Shown here: positions 9,423-18,177 of the stretch, in pieces | Layout: the number at the start of each line of letters is the position of its first letter | Position numbering within the stretch: the first letter of the stretch is position 1 | NCBI GenBank assembly: GCA_024275415.1 | Contig: JAJRZD010000049.1 | Span: forward strand, 17,614 to 49,613 | Length of the DNA stretch: 32,000 bases | From: an archaeon | GTDB lineage: Archaea; Asgardarchaeota; Thorarchaeia; Thorarchaeales; Thorarchaeaceae | Reading direction: 5' to 3' | Made by a program: the position numbers and the translations under genes | Notes under the pieces: generated by a model | Seen by the model: only the letters and a program-made list of their open reading frames with translations | The model's database searches: none | Told to the model about the DNA's origin: nothing

Positions 9423-12026
9423 ATGTCAGGTAAGAAACGCGGACTTCAAACACCTAGTACGGTAGAAGCGATTCGGATGGCCTCTGCTTCGATTCTTGGC
9501 ACTACTACAGGCAAAGGGTATCCGCTTGGGAGTGCAATTGGTACAGGTAGTAAGATGGAAGAGAATTCAGAGGATGTCGCCCTTCGTATCACGCCATTGA
9601 TTTTCTCATTACATGATGAGTTGCTCTCTTCTGAGAATCTAGAACTCCTTTCAATTGAATGGGATTTGGAAGGTGGACATGGACAAGAAGTATTACCTGA
9701 ACATCTAATTATCACCGGAGGGAAATTTGGTGATGTGTCCTCTCATATCTGCGCATTGAGTTGGGAGAAGGGTATCATCGATCCTTTCAAGATGGATTCC
9801 TATATCAGTGGGGTTGCGAAAAAGCTGTCTGATATTGAGCGAGCAATCATTGTGAACTCGCTAGAGTACGAAACTGATGGTATTATGATCTTGAAGCGTT
9901 TCTCCGACCGCTTCAATAGTGTGACCTTTGTAGAGATGCTTGACCGTCAGTTTCAGGAAACATGGGAGTCCCAAAAGGTAAAGGTCGAGAATGTTGATAT
10001 CGAAACAGTTCTGAAGTATGAATATCGGGATGACTTCGCATCTAATCCTCCCGGCCCCCGCATCCAGAGAAGAAAATCTGCCGAGTTCATGATGCCTGAT
10101 GCAAATGAAAATGAATTAGTACTCCATCTACAACATCGTCTTCTTTCACCAAAGGGGCTTGAAGCAATAGCATCACGTATCCCTGATATGGGACGGAATA
10201 TCCTTGCAGAACTCAACGAGTATGCATATAGCATAGAAGAGGTTGACATCGCACGGGCCGGCATTGCTGCTTTGGTTTCATTCCTCGGGAAAGAAGAGGT
10301 CACCTTATCTGAACTGTCTTATCTTGCCTCTCAGACAGGGGAGTTCTCCGAGGCCATGTCTGATACAGTTGATGCTCTTGCTGAGGTCTTGGAGCAGCAT
10401 GCGACATCAGGGAGCCGATTCACCATTGACGAACACCAGCAGGCACTGCTGTCTCTTTTGGAAAACCAATCTGACTATCTCAATCCACTTCAGATAGCAT
10501 TTGGGAAGGCACTTCTTGAGCACTTAGCCAAATCCATTCGAAGGGAATTCCCGACAGCAGAGGTTATCCGTGCTTGGGAACTAAAGGCTACCCTCTCCTA
10601 TTTCGTTGCCTTTGCAAGACGGGTTCTCGGATACATCTCCCGGGAGCTACAGCAGTTCCTTCAGCTGTCATCGGTTCACAGCATTATGCGTCAGACGCTG
10701 CAAGAGTTCAAAGATGAAGCGGAAGGCGAGATATCTGATCCCACTGAACTCATGCTGTTCCACAAGTTCTACTCTGAGCTGTATTCGTTGCTTAATGCGA
10801 TAATTGATAGAAAATCCTACGAAGGGTTTGAACGCAAACCCATCGAGGTTCTTGTTGATGAGATTACCAATGAAGTAAGTGGTGCATTCAAGTCAATCGA
10901 TGTCTGGGAGTTGATTGGTTTTGGAGATCTGGCTGAGATAGCCCGAACCGAGATTCAGTCGCGTTCTGATTCTGAATCACAGGCCGTTTCCAATGAAACC
11001 CTCCTATCTTTACTGTCGGACTATGAGAAGTTCGTGACCGAAACACTTCCAGATGTAGCTGAAACCTTCCTTTCGAAGCATTTTCTCACGGCCGTCATTG
11101 ACACGATGTCCGAAACAGAGGACGGTCTAATCGCTATCATACGGAGATTGATTGATGCTGAGTCTGAAAAGCCTGATGAGTGGCGCAAAGAAGCCGAACT
11201 CTGGCTTTCACAGCTTGGTGCGCTTATCGATGAATCAATGCCTCTTTCTGAAAAGCTATTCACCCTAATCAAATTAGCCTACATGCAGCTCGGGGAAGGA
11301 GTTTCTCCCGACAGTGTGATTGAAAGGATTCAAGAGGATACGAATGATTTGGAAACGGCATACAATGAGGAAGTCGAAAAATGGGTCGAAACGTGCCGAC
11401 AGATTGATCGGGAAAATGAACCTATACGCGAGAACAATGAGAAGCGTGAAGCAAAACTTGTTGAGGCTGTCAAGTCTTTTGAGGCAGAAATGAAACAGTA
11501 CGAGGAAGCTTTGGAATCTCACAAGCATTTGCTTGCAGCACACCAGCTCGAGGCGGACGGGTCTTCACCACCCCCTCCATCTCCAGAAAAACCCGAGAGC
11601 TTGGAGTCTAGACGGGCACGAATTGACAAGGAATTCCCAGAGATGGTGGAAAAGCAGAAACCTCCCAAGCCCGAACCATCTGAACGATTGATAATACACG
11701 CAGCTCTAAGGGATTTATTAAAAGAGAGCTTTGAGAAAATGAAACGAAGTCAAGAACGGATGGAGCAAGTGTTAACGCTTCGTCTTAGGGCTTTGAGGGC
11801 AGAAGGTGCAAAAATGGCTGAGGGATTGACCATTGGGATCAGCACAGGTTTCTTGGAATTCCTGATGAACTCCGAGATTAGAAAGCTCGGTCAGCTGCTA
11901 CCTCGGGTCAAAAGAGCGTACTTGCGAGATACTGACGATCCTAGCTTGGTCTATTTGGTCACTTATGAATTCCGAGGAAACATGCTTTCAGTTTCCATCG
12001 GGAACAATCTACTGAGGAGGCAATGA
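9423..12026 (+). CDS. Large unknown protein (867 aa): longin-like N-terminus, helical body, Pro-tipped coiled coil, small C-terminal alpha/beta domain
   Basis: Long uninterrupted ORF. ATG 9423 follows GAGAGGG. Its stop overlaps the next start (ATGA at 12023-12026). Domain calls rest on secondary-structure pattern only. Confidence 0.85.
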   Translation: MSGKKRGLQTPSTVEAIRMASASILGTTTGKGYPLGSAIGTGSKMEENSEDVALRITPLIFSLHDELLSSENLELLSIEWDLEGGHGQEVLPEHLIITGGKFGDVSSHICALSWEKGIIDPFKMDSYISGVAKKLSDIERAIIVNSLEYETDGIMILKRFSDRFNSVTFVEMLDRQFQETWESQKVKVENVDIETVLKYEYRDDFASNPPGPRIQRRKSAEFMMPDANENELVLHLQHRLLSPKGLEAIASRIPDMGRNILAELNEYAYSIEEVDIARAGIAALVSFLGKEEVTLSELSYLASQTGEFSEAMSDTVDALAEVLEQHATSGSRFTIDEHQQALLSLLENQSDYLNPLQIAFGKALLEHLAKSIRREFPTAEVIRAWELKATLSYFVAFARRVLGYISRELQQFLQLSSVHSIMRQTLQEFKDEAEGEISDPTELMLFHKFYSELYSLLNAIIDRKSYEGFERKPIEVLVDEITNEVSGAFKSIDVWELIGFGDLAEIARTEIQSRSDSESQAVSNETLLSLLSDYEKFVTETLPDVAETFLSKHFLTAVIDTMSETEDGLIAIIRRLIDAESEKPDEWRKEAELWLSQLGALIDESMPLSEKLFTLIKLAYMQLGEGVSPDSVIERIQEDTNDLETAYNEEVEKWVETCRQIDRENEPIRENNEKREAKLVEAVKSFEAEMKQYEEALESHKHLLAAHQLEADGSSPPPPSPEKPESLESRRARIDKEFPEMVEKQKPPKPEPSERLIIHAALRDLLKESFEKMKRSQERMEQVLTLRLRALRAEGAKMAEGLTIGISTGFLEFLMNSEIRKLGQLLPRVKRAYLRDTDDPSLVYLVTYEFRGNMLSVSIGNNLLRRQ

Positions 12027-14485
12027 ATATGTCAAGTTCCTGGTTACTCAAGACTCGCCAGATGAGTGAGGCTGGAAAAGAGATTATCCTTTCTGAGGCA
12101 TTAGCGACACATATGCGTAGCCCACGTGACCGGAAATTGGTAATGGGTGAGTTTGCAGAGAAACACCCACTGGAGGATCTTATCTCATTCTTTGGCGCAT
12201 TCTATCTCTATCACTATCAGGGTCTCCGACTTCTCCAAATCGATAGTGCTGACGATTTGTCAATTGAGGAAATGGAGGCGCTCACAAAGAAGGAACGAGA
12301 ACTTCTTGAGGTAGAGGTTCGAATGATGCTCGGAGAGAAGCAGCGAGAAGAGATTGATGTGAGTAGGATCTCCAGTGAGTTCATCGTTTCAATGTGCGAT
12401 TATCTCTTGGGTTCTGTCCCGAAAGATGACCGCGAATCTATCAGTGATGTCATTTCTCTTCTAAAGGATCATTTTCAAATGATTCCGACTTCCTATTCGC
12501 TGAATAGCGAGATTGATTTTATCAACGAGGTCGCCGGATGGGGCAGCACATGGCGTCGTGAACTATATGTTAAGGCATCTGGTCTCAAAGAGGCTGCATT
12601 GTCTCTTCGAGACGAGCTGCTCAAGCCTCATTATGAAGAGATTGTCGAGTCAACGGTTCTCCTGAAAGGGATTGAGAAAATCACAGGCCAAATTCGTCTG
12701 ATGTGCGGAAGGGTATTCACTGACGACCTACCCCGTGAACAGTGGGCGAAGGTCGCAGAGGCCGTCCTAGAACACTTCAGAAACCCCAATGTTTCTCTTC
12801 CTGCGCTCAGAGAAGCCAACCGGATTCGAATCTCAGTGATAGATGTCTTGGAACAGGAGATAGAAACCCCTATGACCTTTGAAGAGTACGAGTCCCTCCT
12901 CGTGAAGGTCATTGTTGAGGGGATAGGAAAGATTCCTGATGGTGTTGATCTTCTTGATACCCTTTCTTATTTTGTTGCAATACCATTGGATGATGTTCGG
13001 GCCGCCTTACGATCCAACAGGATTACGGATCCCTCCACGATCATCGAAGGTCTCAATGCAACCGTTGTTGACATGGACGCGTCAGAATCAGCAGAAACAT
13101 CCGATTCTCCATCGTTGAGTCAAGAAGAACTTGAAGAACTCACGCGAAACATAAGGCGCTTGGAGAAGATAGAGCATACACTGGAGAGACCTGTCAAGGG
13201 TATGTTGAAGGCGAAAGGACTGCGTGCTGCTGAGCTTGACAAGATTTCCATCGAGTTCTTGACTAAGCCCCGTTCATCTCTACTGGGTTTTGAAATCCAA
13301 GTCCTTGAAGAACTCAAGAAAAAAATACGGGTTCCTCCACCTGAGGAAATATCTCGTCTTCTTCAGCTTCGTGAGGAGTTCAAAAGTGGCTCACTTACTG
13401 GAGTTGAAATGTCTAGGTCTTCTGAATTGGGTCGGCAAATCCAGCATGGGAAGCATATGGTGACGCTAAGGGACGACTTGGTTTGGTTCTTTACTATTAG
13501 CATTCTGAAAAATCTTTCACGAGTTATTGAAACATATATCCGATCCAAGCATGACATTCAACGTTCAAAGACTTTGTTGAAAAGCATCTATGAAGACTCG
13601 AATACGCAACTCCAATTCTTGAGAGAAGAGATCTTGATTGACCTGCTGTCAATGAGACTGTACGAGATGAAGATGATTCACCCTGAACTCGATACCCAAA
13701 CAGTCTGCACTTGGTACCACGCTCGTTTGTCCAATACGGATCTCGATACAGCAAAGGAACGACTGGAAACCACCACCTCGCCTGTCTTTGGAGGAGTTGT
13801 CGATATGCCCTTGAAGCTATCCGAACTGAATTATGATAACTATGCCATCGCGTATGATCTTATGCAGAGGTTCCTTGATCGCCAACGGTCAGAACGTGAG
13901 GTTAGAATCGAAATAGTCGCCAAAACAAAAGAGGTTGAGAAGCAGAAGATTGCAGAGAAGAAGGCAGGCCTCGATGTCATGAATTTCATTTATACGAAGG
14001 CACACACCGTCTTCAGGGCTATCGGACGAGTCGGCGCCCGAGGCCTTGAATGGAACGCTAATGATGATGCGAAATGTGCGAACCTTTTGGCTTTCTTCCT
14101 CAACACAAGCCGCGGGCGTTCGATATGTGCTGTATGTGGTGAGGTTGCAAAGGATGGTGCCTGCAGTCTGCATGGCAAGGGACAGGTGAATGTTTCAAAT
14201 GACATCGACAATCTTTCGTGGTTTGTGATGCGTGCCCATACGGACATTAAAGAAGGATTGCTCGGTGCCAAGGCGGAACCTATGAGCTGGTCAGATGCAC
14301 GACAGATTGTCCAGAGGGAACTTGCCAATCTAAGACGACGCGGAAAAATCACGAGCAAAACCAACCCCAAGGAAATGATGCCCGGGGAAATCAACTACAT
14401 AGTGGGTCCTGCAATAGCGCGAGTAATCGGCAAATACTTCAATGAATCCTTGGAATATGCCGCTCGACGTGCTGGAATCGCCTAA
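12023..14485 (+). CDS. Large unknown alpha-helical protein (820 aa) with a C-terminal C2-CH zinc knuckle
   Basis: Long ORF coupled to the upstream gene by an ATGA overlap. CAVC-x8-CSLH lies at 14126-14173. Confidence 0.87.
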   Translation: MNMSSSWLLKTRQMSEAGKEIILSEALATHMRSPRDRKLVMGEFAEKHPLEDLISFFGAFYLYHYQGLRLLQIDSADDLSIEEMEALTKKERELLEVEVRMMLGEKQREEIDVSRISSEFIVSMCDYLLGSVPKDDRESISDVISLLKDHFQMIPTSYSLNSEIDFINEVAGWGSTWRRELYVKASGLKEAALSLRDELLKPHYEEIVESTVLLKGIEKITGQIRLMCGRVFTDDLPREQWAKVAEAVLEHFRNPNVSLPALREANRIRISVIDVLEQEIETPMTFEEYESLLVKVIVEGIGKIPDGVDLLDTLSYFVAIPLDDVRAALRSNRITDPSTIIEGLNATVVDMDASESAETSDSPSLSQEELEELTRNIRRLEKIEHTLERPVKGMLKAKGLRAAELDKISIEFLTKPRSSLLGFEIQVLEELKKKIRVPPPEEISRLLQLREEFKSGSLTGVEMSRSSELGRQIQHGKHMVTLRDDLVWFFTISILKNLSRVIETYIRSKHDIQRSKTLLKSIYEDSNTQLQFLREEILIDLLSMRLYEMKMIHPELDTQTVCTWYHARLSNTDLDTAKERLETTTSPVFGGVVDMPLKLSELNYDNYAIAYDLMQRFLDRQRSEREVRIEIVAKTKEVEKQKIAEKKAGLDVMNFIYTKAHTVFRAIGRVGARGLEWNANDDAKCANLLAFFLNTSRGRSICAVCGEVAKDGACSLHGKGQVNVSNDIDNLSWFVMRAHTDIKEGLLGAKAEPMSWSDARQIVQRELANLRRRGKITSKTNPKEMMPGEINYIVGPAIARVIGKYFNESLEYAARRAGIA

Positions 14486-14802
14486 GTTTCGGAGATGCTG
14501 GAACTTATCCACTCAAGGTACTTTGACAGACCTGACTTGATTCCTATCGTTATGAACTCGGGTGTTTCGTAAGGATGTTTCTCAAGCAGAGCATCCTGCA
14601 ATTCCGTTTCCATCTTTGCCTCAGTCTTCATTAGAAGGATTGCCTCTTCTTCATCCTCAATCTCACCTTTCCAGTGGTATATGCTCCTGACACCTCGAAT
14701 GATATTCACACAGGCGCATTTGCGCGCCTCGACGAGTGCTTTTGCGATTCTGACTGCATCCTTCTCCAGACACGTTGTGATAGCTAAGATGTAATCTGAC
14801 AT
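14482..14802 (-). CDS. cutA: Divalent-cation tolerance protein CutA
   Basis: MSDYILAITTC...LVEARKCACVNII...SIYHWKGEIE...E...MKT...HPYETPE; 106 aa from the ATG at 14802. The track's 228-aa version is an N-terminal overextension. Confidence 0.93.
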   Translation of the reverse strand: MSDYILAITTCLEKDAVRIAKALVEARKCACVNIIRGVRSIYHWKGEIEDEEEAILLMKTEAKMETELQDALLEKHPYETPEFITIGIKSGLSKYLEWISSSISET

Positions 14803-14916
14803 GAGTGTTGTATTCTGAATGGTGGTATAAATCCTTAGACCATTCTCGAACAGGTCTTTAAGAAACATATATACACAAGTCATTTTTGATAGCGAGTGTA
14901 AAAAGGGTGACTTGTT

Positions 14917-16314
14917 ATGGGAAATAGGTTTGCTCCCAAAGGAGTGATGCCTGCCTTGGTGACTCCATTCACAAAGGACGGCGATATCATTGAAGAGAGC
15001 TATAAGGCAATCATCGATTATACTATTGACAAGGGTGCGACTGGTGTCGTCCCCGCGGGAACCACGGGAGAGTTCGTCTATATGCGGACTGAAGAGCGAA
15101 AAAAGCTTCTTCGCCTCACTGTGGAATTTGTGGATGGGAGAGGTCCAATAATCGCTGGAACTGGTCAAAACAGTACTGATGCAACAATCGCCCTTACCAA
15201 ATACGCGGCTGATATCGGCTGTGATGCAGCACTTGTCATTTCTCCTTTCTATTTACGTCCTAGTGACAAGGGTTACTACGAGCACTATGAATCTGTTGCT
15301 ACCAGAAGCGACCTGCCTATCATCTTGTACAACATCCCTCAATGCACCCTCGGTGTCATCAACTCCCCTGTCGTTGAGGATCTTGCCGAGCTGGATAATA
15401 TCGTAGGGATAAAGGACAGTAGCGGTTCCATCGGGCATACTGTCGAACTGATTCAGAAACTCGATGGCAAAATTCCTGTGATTATAGGACATGATGAGTG
15501 TTTCCTCTCTGCGGTTTCGGCTGGTGCCAAAGCCGCCATTCTTGCGTCGGCAAACGTCATCCCACACATCTGGCTTCAGATTATGGAGCATATTCACGAT
15601 GGGCACATAGATGAAGCGATGAAGTTGCAGCATCGTGCACAGACCTTTGCAAGGATTGTCACAAGAAATGGTGGTGCACCTCCGGTGAAGGCTGCACTGA
15701 AAATGCTTGGGTTGAAAGCTGGCAAATCTAGAATGCCATTGGACTCAGGTGGCACCCTTTCTGTAGAGCTGAAAGATGAGATTCGTTTGGAGCTTGAGAG
15801 ATTGGGACTTCTGGATGACCCCCCCTCTCCCCCTGTTGATTCTTCAATCAGTATTGAAACAATCCTCTCAGATGAAGGGTTCTCCCTTGGGGCAGATGTC
15901 AAGTTTGGCTCAGGTGTTGCAGATATGGTTTCGGTAAGCATTGCCATAGGATCCAAAAATGGTGAATTGGGTCGCGCCTTTGTAAGATTGCTGACAACCC
16001 CGAAAGTCGGACAGGAGGCGTTGACCGTCATTCTTGAGCCCAATCTTGCAGTAAGACCAAGCAGCATCATGCTACCCACAAGAGCGATCACGTCAATGCG
16101 ACAAGCATCCCTGTTCTATGGTCCTGTCCAATCAGGTGCTGCAAAGGCTCTTTCTGAGTTCCTTGAGAACGGTCGGATTCCTGAGGAATCGATAAGAAAT
16201 GATGTTGCTATTCTGGCAATAGACATAGACCTTCAATCCCATCTCAGGCGGGAGGTCACTGCCCAAGCCAAACAAGCAGTCCTTGGTGCTCTTAGTGAGG
16301 TGTGGAGGGAATAA
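14917..16314 (+). CDS. DapA/NAL-family class I aldolase fused to a degenerate formaldehyde-activating enzyme (Fae)-like domain (paralogue A)
   Basis: Aldolase motifs: ALVTPF, GTTGEF, IIAGTG, SPFY, LYNIP, GIKDSSG. C-terminal ~135 aa: AFVRLLTTPKVG...VILEPNLAVRP...RQASLFYGPVQSGAAKA matches the Fae core. Confidence 0.88.
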   Translation: MGNRFAPKGVMPALVTPFTKDGDIIEESYKAIIDYTIDKGATGVVPAGTTGEFVYMRTEERKKLLRLTVEFVDGRGPIIAGTGQNSTDATIALTKYAADIGCDAALVISPFYLRPSDKGYYEHYESVATRSDLPIILYNIPQCTLGVINSPVVEDLAELDNIVGIKDSSGSIGHTVELIQKLDGKIPVIIGHDECFLSAVSAGAKAAILASANVIPHIWLQIMEHIHDGHIDEAMKLQHRAQTFARIVTRNGGAPPVKAALKMLGLKAGKSRMPLDSGGTLSVELKDEIRLELERLGLLDDPPSPPVDSSISIETILSDEGFSLGADVKFGSGVADMVSVSIAIGSKNGELGRAFVRLLTTPKVGQEALTVILEPNLAVRPSSIMLPTRAITSMRQASLFYGPVQSGAAKALSEFLENGRIPEESIRNDVAILAIDIDLQSHLRREVTAQAKQAVLGALSEVWRE

Positions 16315-16316
16315 CA

Positions 16317-17792
16317 ATGAGTGAGAAGTTCAGGTTCAAAGGTGTCTATCCGGCCCTTATTACGCCCTTCAATGAAGACGGTGTTGATGAAGAGAAATAT
16401 AGGGGTCTAATTGACTATGTGATAAAATCTGGTGCTACAGGGATTGTCCCGTGTGGCACAACAGGCGAATTCACCTCTATGCGATTTGATGAGAAGGCTG
16501 AGGCGATTCGTATCGCATGCGAAGCAGCAAAGGGCAAGGTTCCTGTAATCGCGGGAACTGGTGCCGCCTATACAGGTGATGCCATAAAGCTCACAAGGCG
16601 TGCCGTAGAGTTCGGAGCTGATGCTGCATTGGTGGTTTCTCCATACTTCTTGAAGCCCTCGAACAAGGAGATATTCGAGCATTTCGAGAAGGTTGCTAAC
16701 AACTCCGACATTCCAATCTTTGTTTACAACATCCCTCAAGTGACTGGCGTGCCGATCCACTGGACAGTGATTGATGGCCTGAGGGAGATTGATGGTATCA
16801 TCGGGCTCAAAGATTCTAGCGGGGATCTCGTGAATCTGACTACCGTGCTGGTTCGTAAACCCGAAGACTTTCAGGTCGTCGTAGGACATGATGAGGTCGC
16901 CCTCCCTGCTCTAGCAAGTGGTTGTGATGGTGCGATACTTGCAAGCGCAAACATCTTTCCAAACAGGTACCTTAAGATGCAATCCGCTCTGGCAAGTGGA
17001 GATTTGAAAGAGGCACTCCTCATCCAGAGAAGCATTCAGAAGACGGTCAGGATTATTGTTAACAAAGGTGGAGGTCTTGCAGTAAAGACTGCGCTCAACA
17101 TGATGGGTATTCCTGTGGGTTCAGCAAGAGGCCCTCTTCTTGAGGGTGACCTGCTCTCGTATGAGGATATCGACGAACTTCGTACATGCTTGGAAGACCT
17201 CCAATTGATTCCGCGTGGGTCGGTCACATTTCGGATGGGCGACAAAACCATCGTTGCTGAAGGATACCCAAAGGCGGTTGGTCTGGTTCCTGATGCCGTG
17301 GACGACCTCACACTATTGCATGGAGAGGCTCTCACGGGAGGTGGTTATGAAGTAGCCCATGTTGATCTGATTATGGGCATTCGCGGAGGACCTATCGATT
17401 CTGCTCTTGAATTAGCTGGTCAGATACGCGAAGGATATCACAGTTCCAATATCATCAATGACTTGGAGCCTGAAACTGTGTTTGCACCCACAGTCACGAT
17501 AACCCATGAGAATCATAGGCGCCTAGTCTATGACATCGCTCAAAAAGCAGTCATTGACGCAGTCAGGCGGACGATAACGGATGGTGTGATCCCTGATGAA
17601 CTTGTGCCAGATCTGGTCATTGCAGCCAATGTGTTTGTGCATCCCAGTGCTGTGAATGCCCGAAGAGTACACATCAATAATTTCAGGGCCGTGCGTCATG
17701 CGATACGACGTGCAATCGAGGGACGACAACCTACATCTGAGATAGTTGCACGAAAGGAGTCTGCCCGACATCCATTTGCGTACAACCCCTAA
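16317..17792 (+). CDS. DapA/NAL-family class I aldolase fused to an Fae domain (paralogue B)
   Basis: Aldolase motifs: ALITPF, GTTGEF, VIAGTG, SPYF, VYNIP, GLKDSSG. C-terminal HGEALTGGGYEVAHVDLIMG...VFVH...RHAIRRAIEG...ARHPF matches Fae (GEALxGxGxEVAHxDLxxG...HPF). Start at ATG 16317 after GGAGG. Confidence 0.9.
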   Translation: MSEKFRFKGVYPALITPFNEDGVDEEKYRGLIDYVIKSGATGIVPCGTTGEFTSMRFDEKAEAIRIACEAAKGKVPVIAGTGAAYTGDAIKLTRRAVEFGADAALVVSPYFLKPSNKEIFEHFEKVANNSDIPIFVYNIPQVTGVPIHWTVIDGLREIDGIIGLKDSSGDLVNLTTVLVRKPEDFQVVVGHDEVALPALASGCDGAILASANIFPNRYLKMQSALASGDLKEALLIQRSIQKTVRIIVNKGGGLAVKTALNMMGIPVGSARGPLLEGDLLSYEDIDELRTCLEDLQLIPRGSVTFRMGDKTIVAEGYPKAVGLVPDAVDDLTLLHGEALTGGGYEVAHVDLIMGIRGGPIDSALELAGQIREGYHSSNIINDLEPETVFAPTVTITHENHRRLVYDIAQKAVIDAVRRTITDGVIPDELVPDLVIAANVFVHPSAVNARRVHINNFRAVRHAIRRAIEGRQPTSEIVARKESARHPFAYNP

Positions 17793-17914
17793 AGGCACAA
17801 CGAGAACCATTTCTCCTGTGAAAGTGCGGACGCTGGCAACTTTCAGACTGATACGATAAGTCCCCGAAACCCAATTTGACCATTTGTTAAGCCGCATGGT
17901 GTCAGTAAGGTGTA

Positions 17915-17938
17915 ACCTCCTTGTGATTTGAGGGAGGT
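17915..17938. promoter_or_regulatory. Hairpin pairing an anti-SD-like ACCTCC with an SD-like GGAGGT
   Basis: ACCTCCTT-GTGATTTG-AGGGAGGT (8-bp stem with one G-U). An ATG follows 5 nt later at 17944. Confidence 0.4.
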
Positions 17939-17943
17939 CATCA

Positions 17944-18012
17944 ATGAGAAAACAAACTATCTATAGAATGCATCTAGAAGGCGTGTGGCTCACTTCTATG
18001 AGGGTTGGTTAA
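17944..18012 (+). CDS. Possible 22-aa micro-ORF (MRKQTIYRMHLEGVWLTSMRVG)
   Basis: The only support is a perfect GGAGGT SD 5 nt upstream. Confidence 0.2.
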   Translation: MRKQTIYRMHLEGVWLTSMRVG

Positions 18013-18177
18013 AATGTACTCGGTTATATAGTCGAAATGGATAGTAACGCCATCACACATCTAGTTGAGTTGTGATTGAACCGAGAGTCTAAGGGTTCTT
18101 GGATTCAGTCACAAGTCAGCTAGCGTCTAGCATCCCATTCAGGTTGCCGCGCCGCCACCGCATCCGATGGAGTGCAA

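Noticed and set aside
9490-9515. GTTTGKG as a P-loop in the 867-aa protein
   Set aside because: The spacing is GxxxGKG, not GxxxxGK(S/T), and no Walker B follows. It fits a beta-hairpin turn.
18151-18159. Perfect vertebrate Kozak string GCCGCCACC
   Set aside because: It is followed by GCA, not ATG. It is better explained as one arm of a GC-rich hairpin or as chance.
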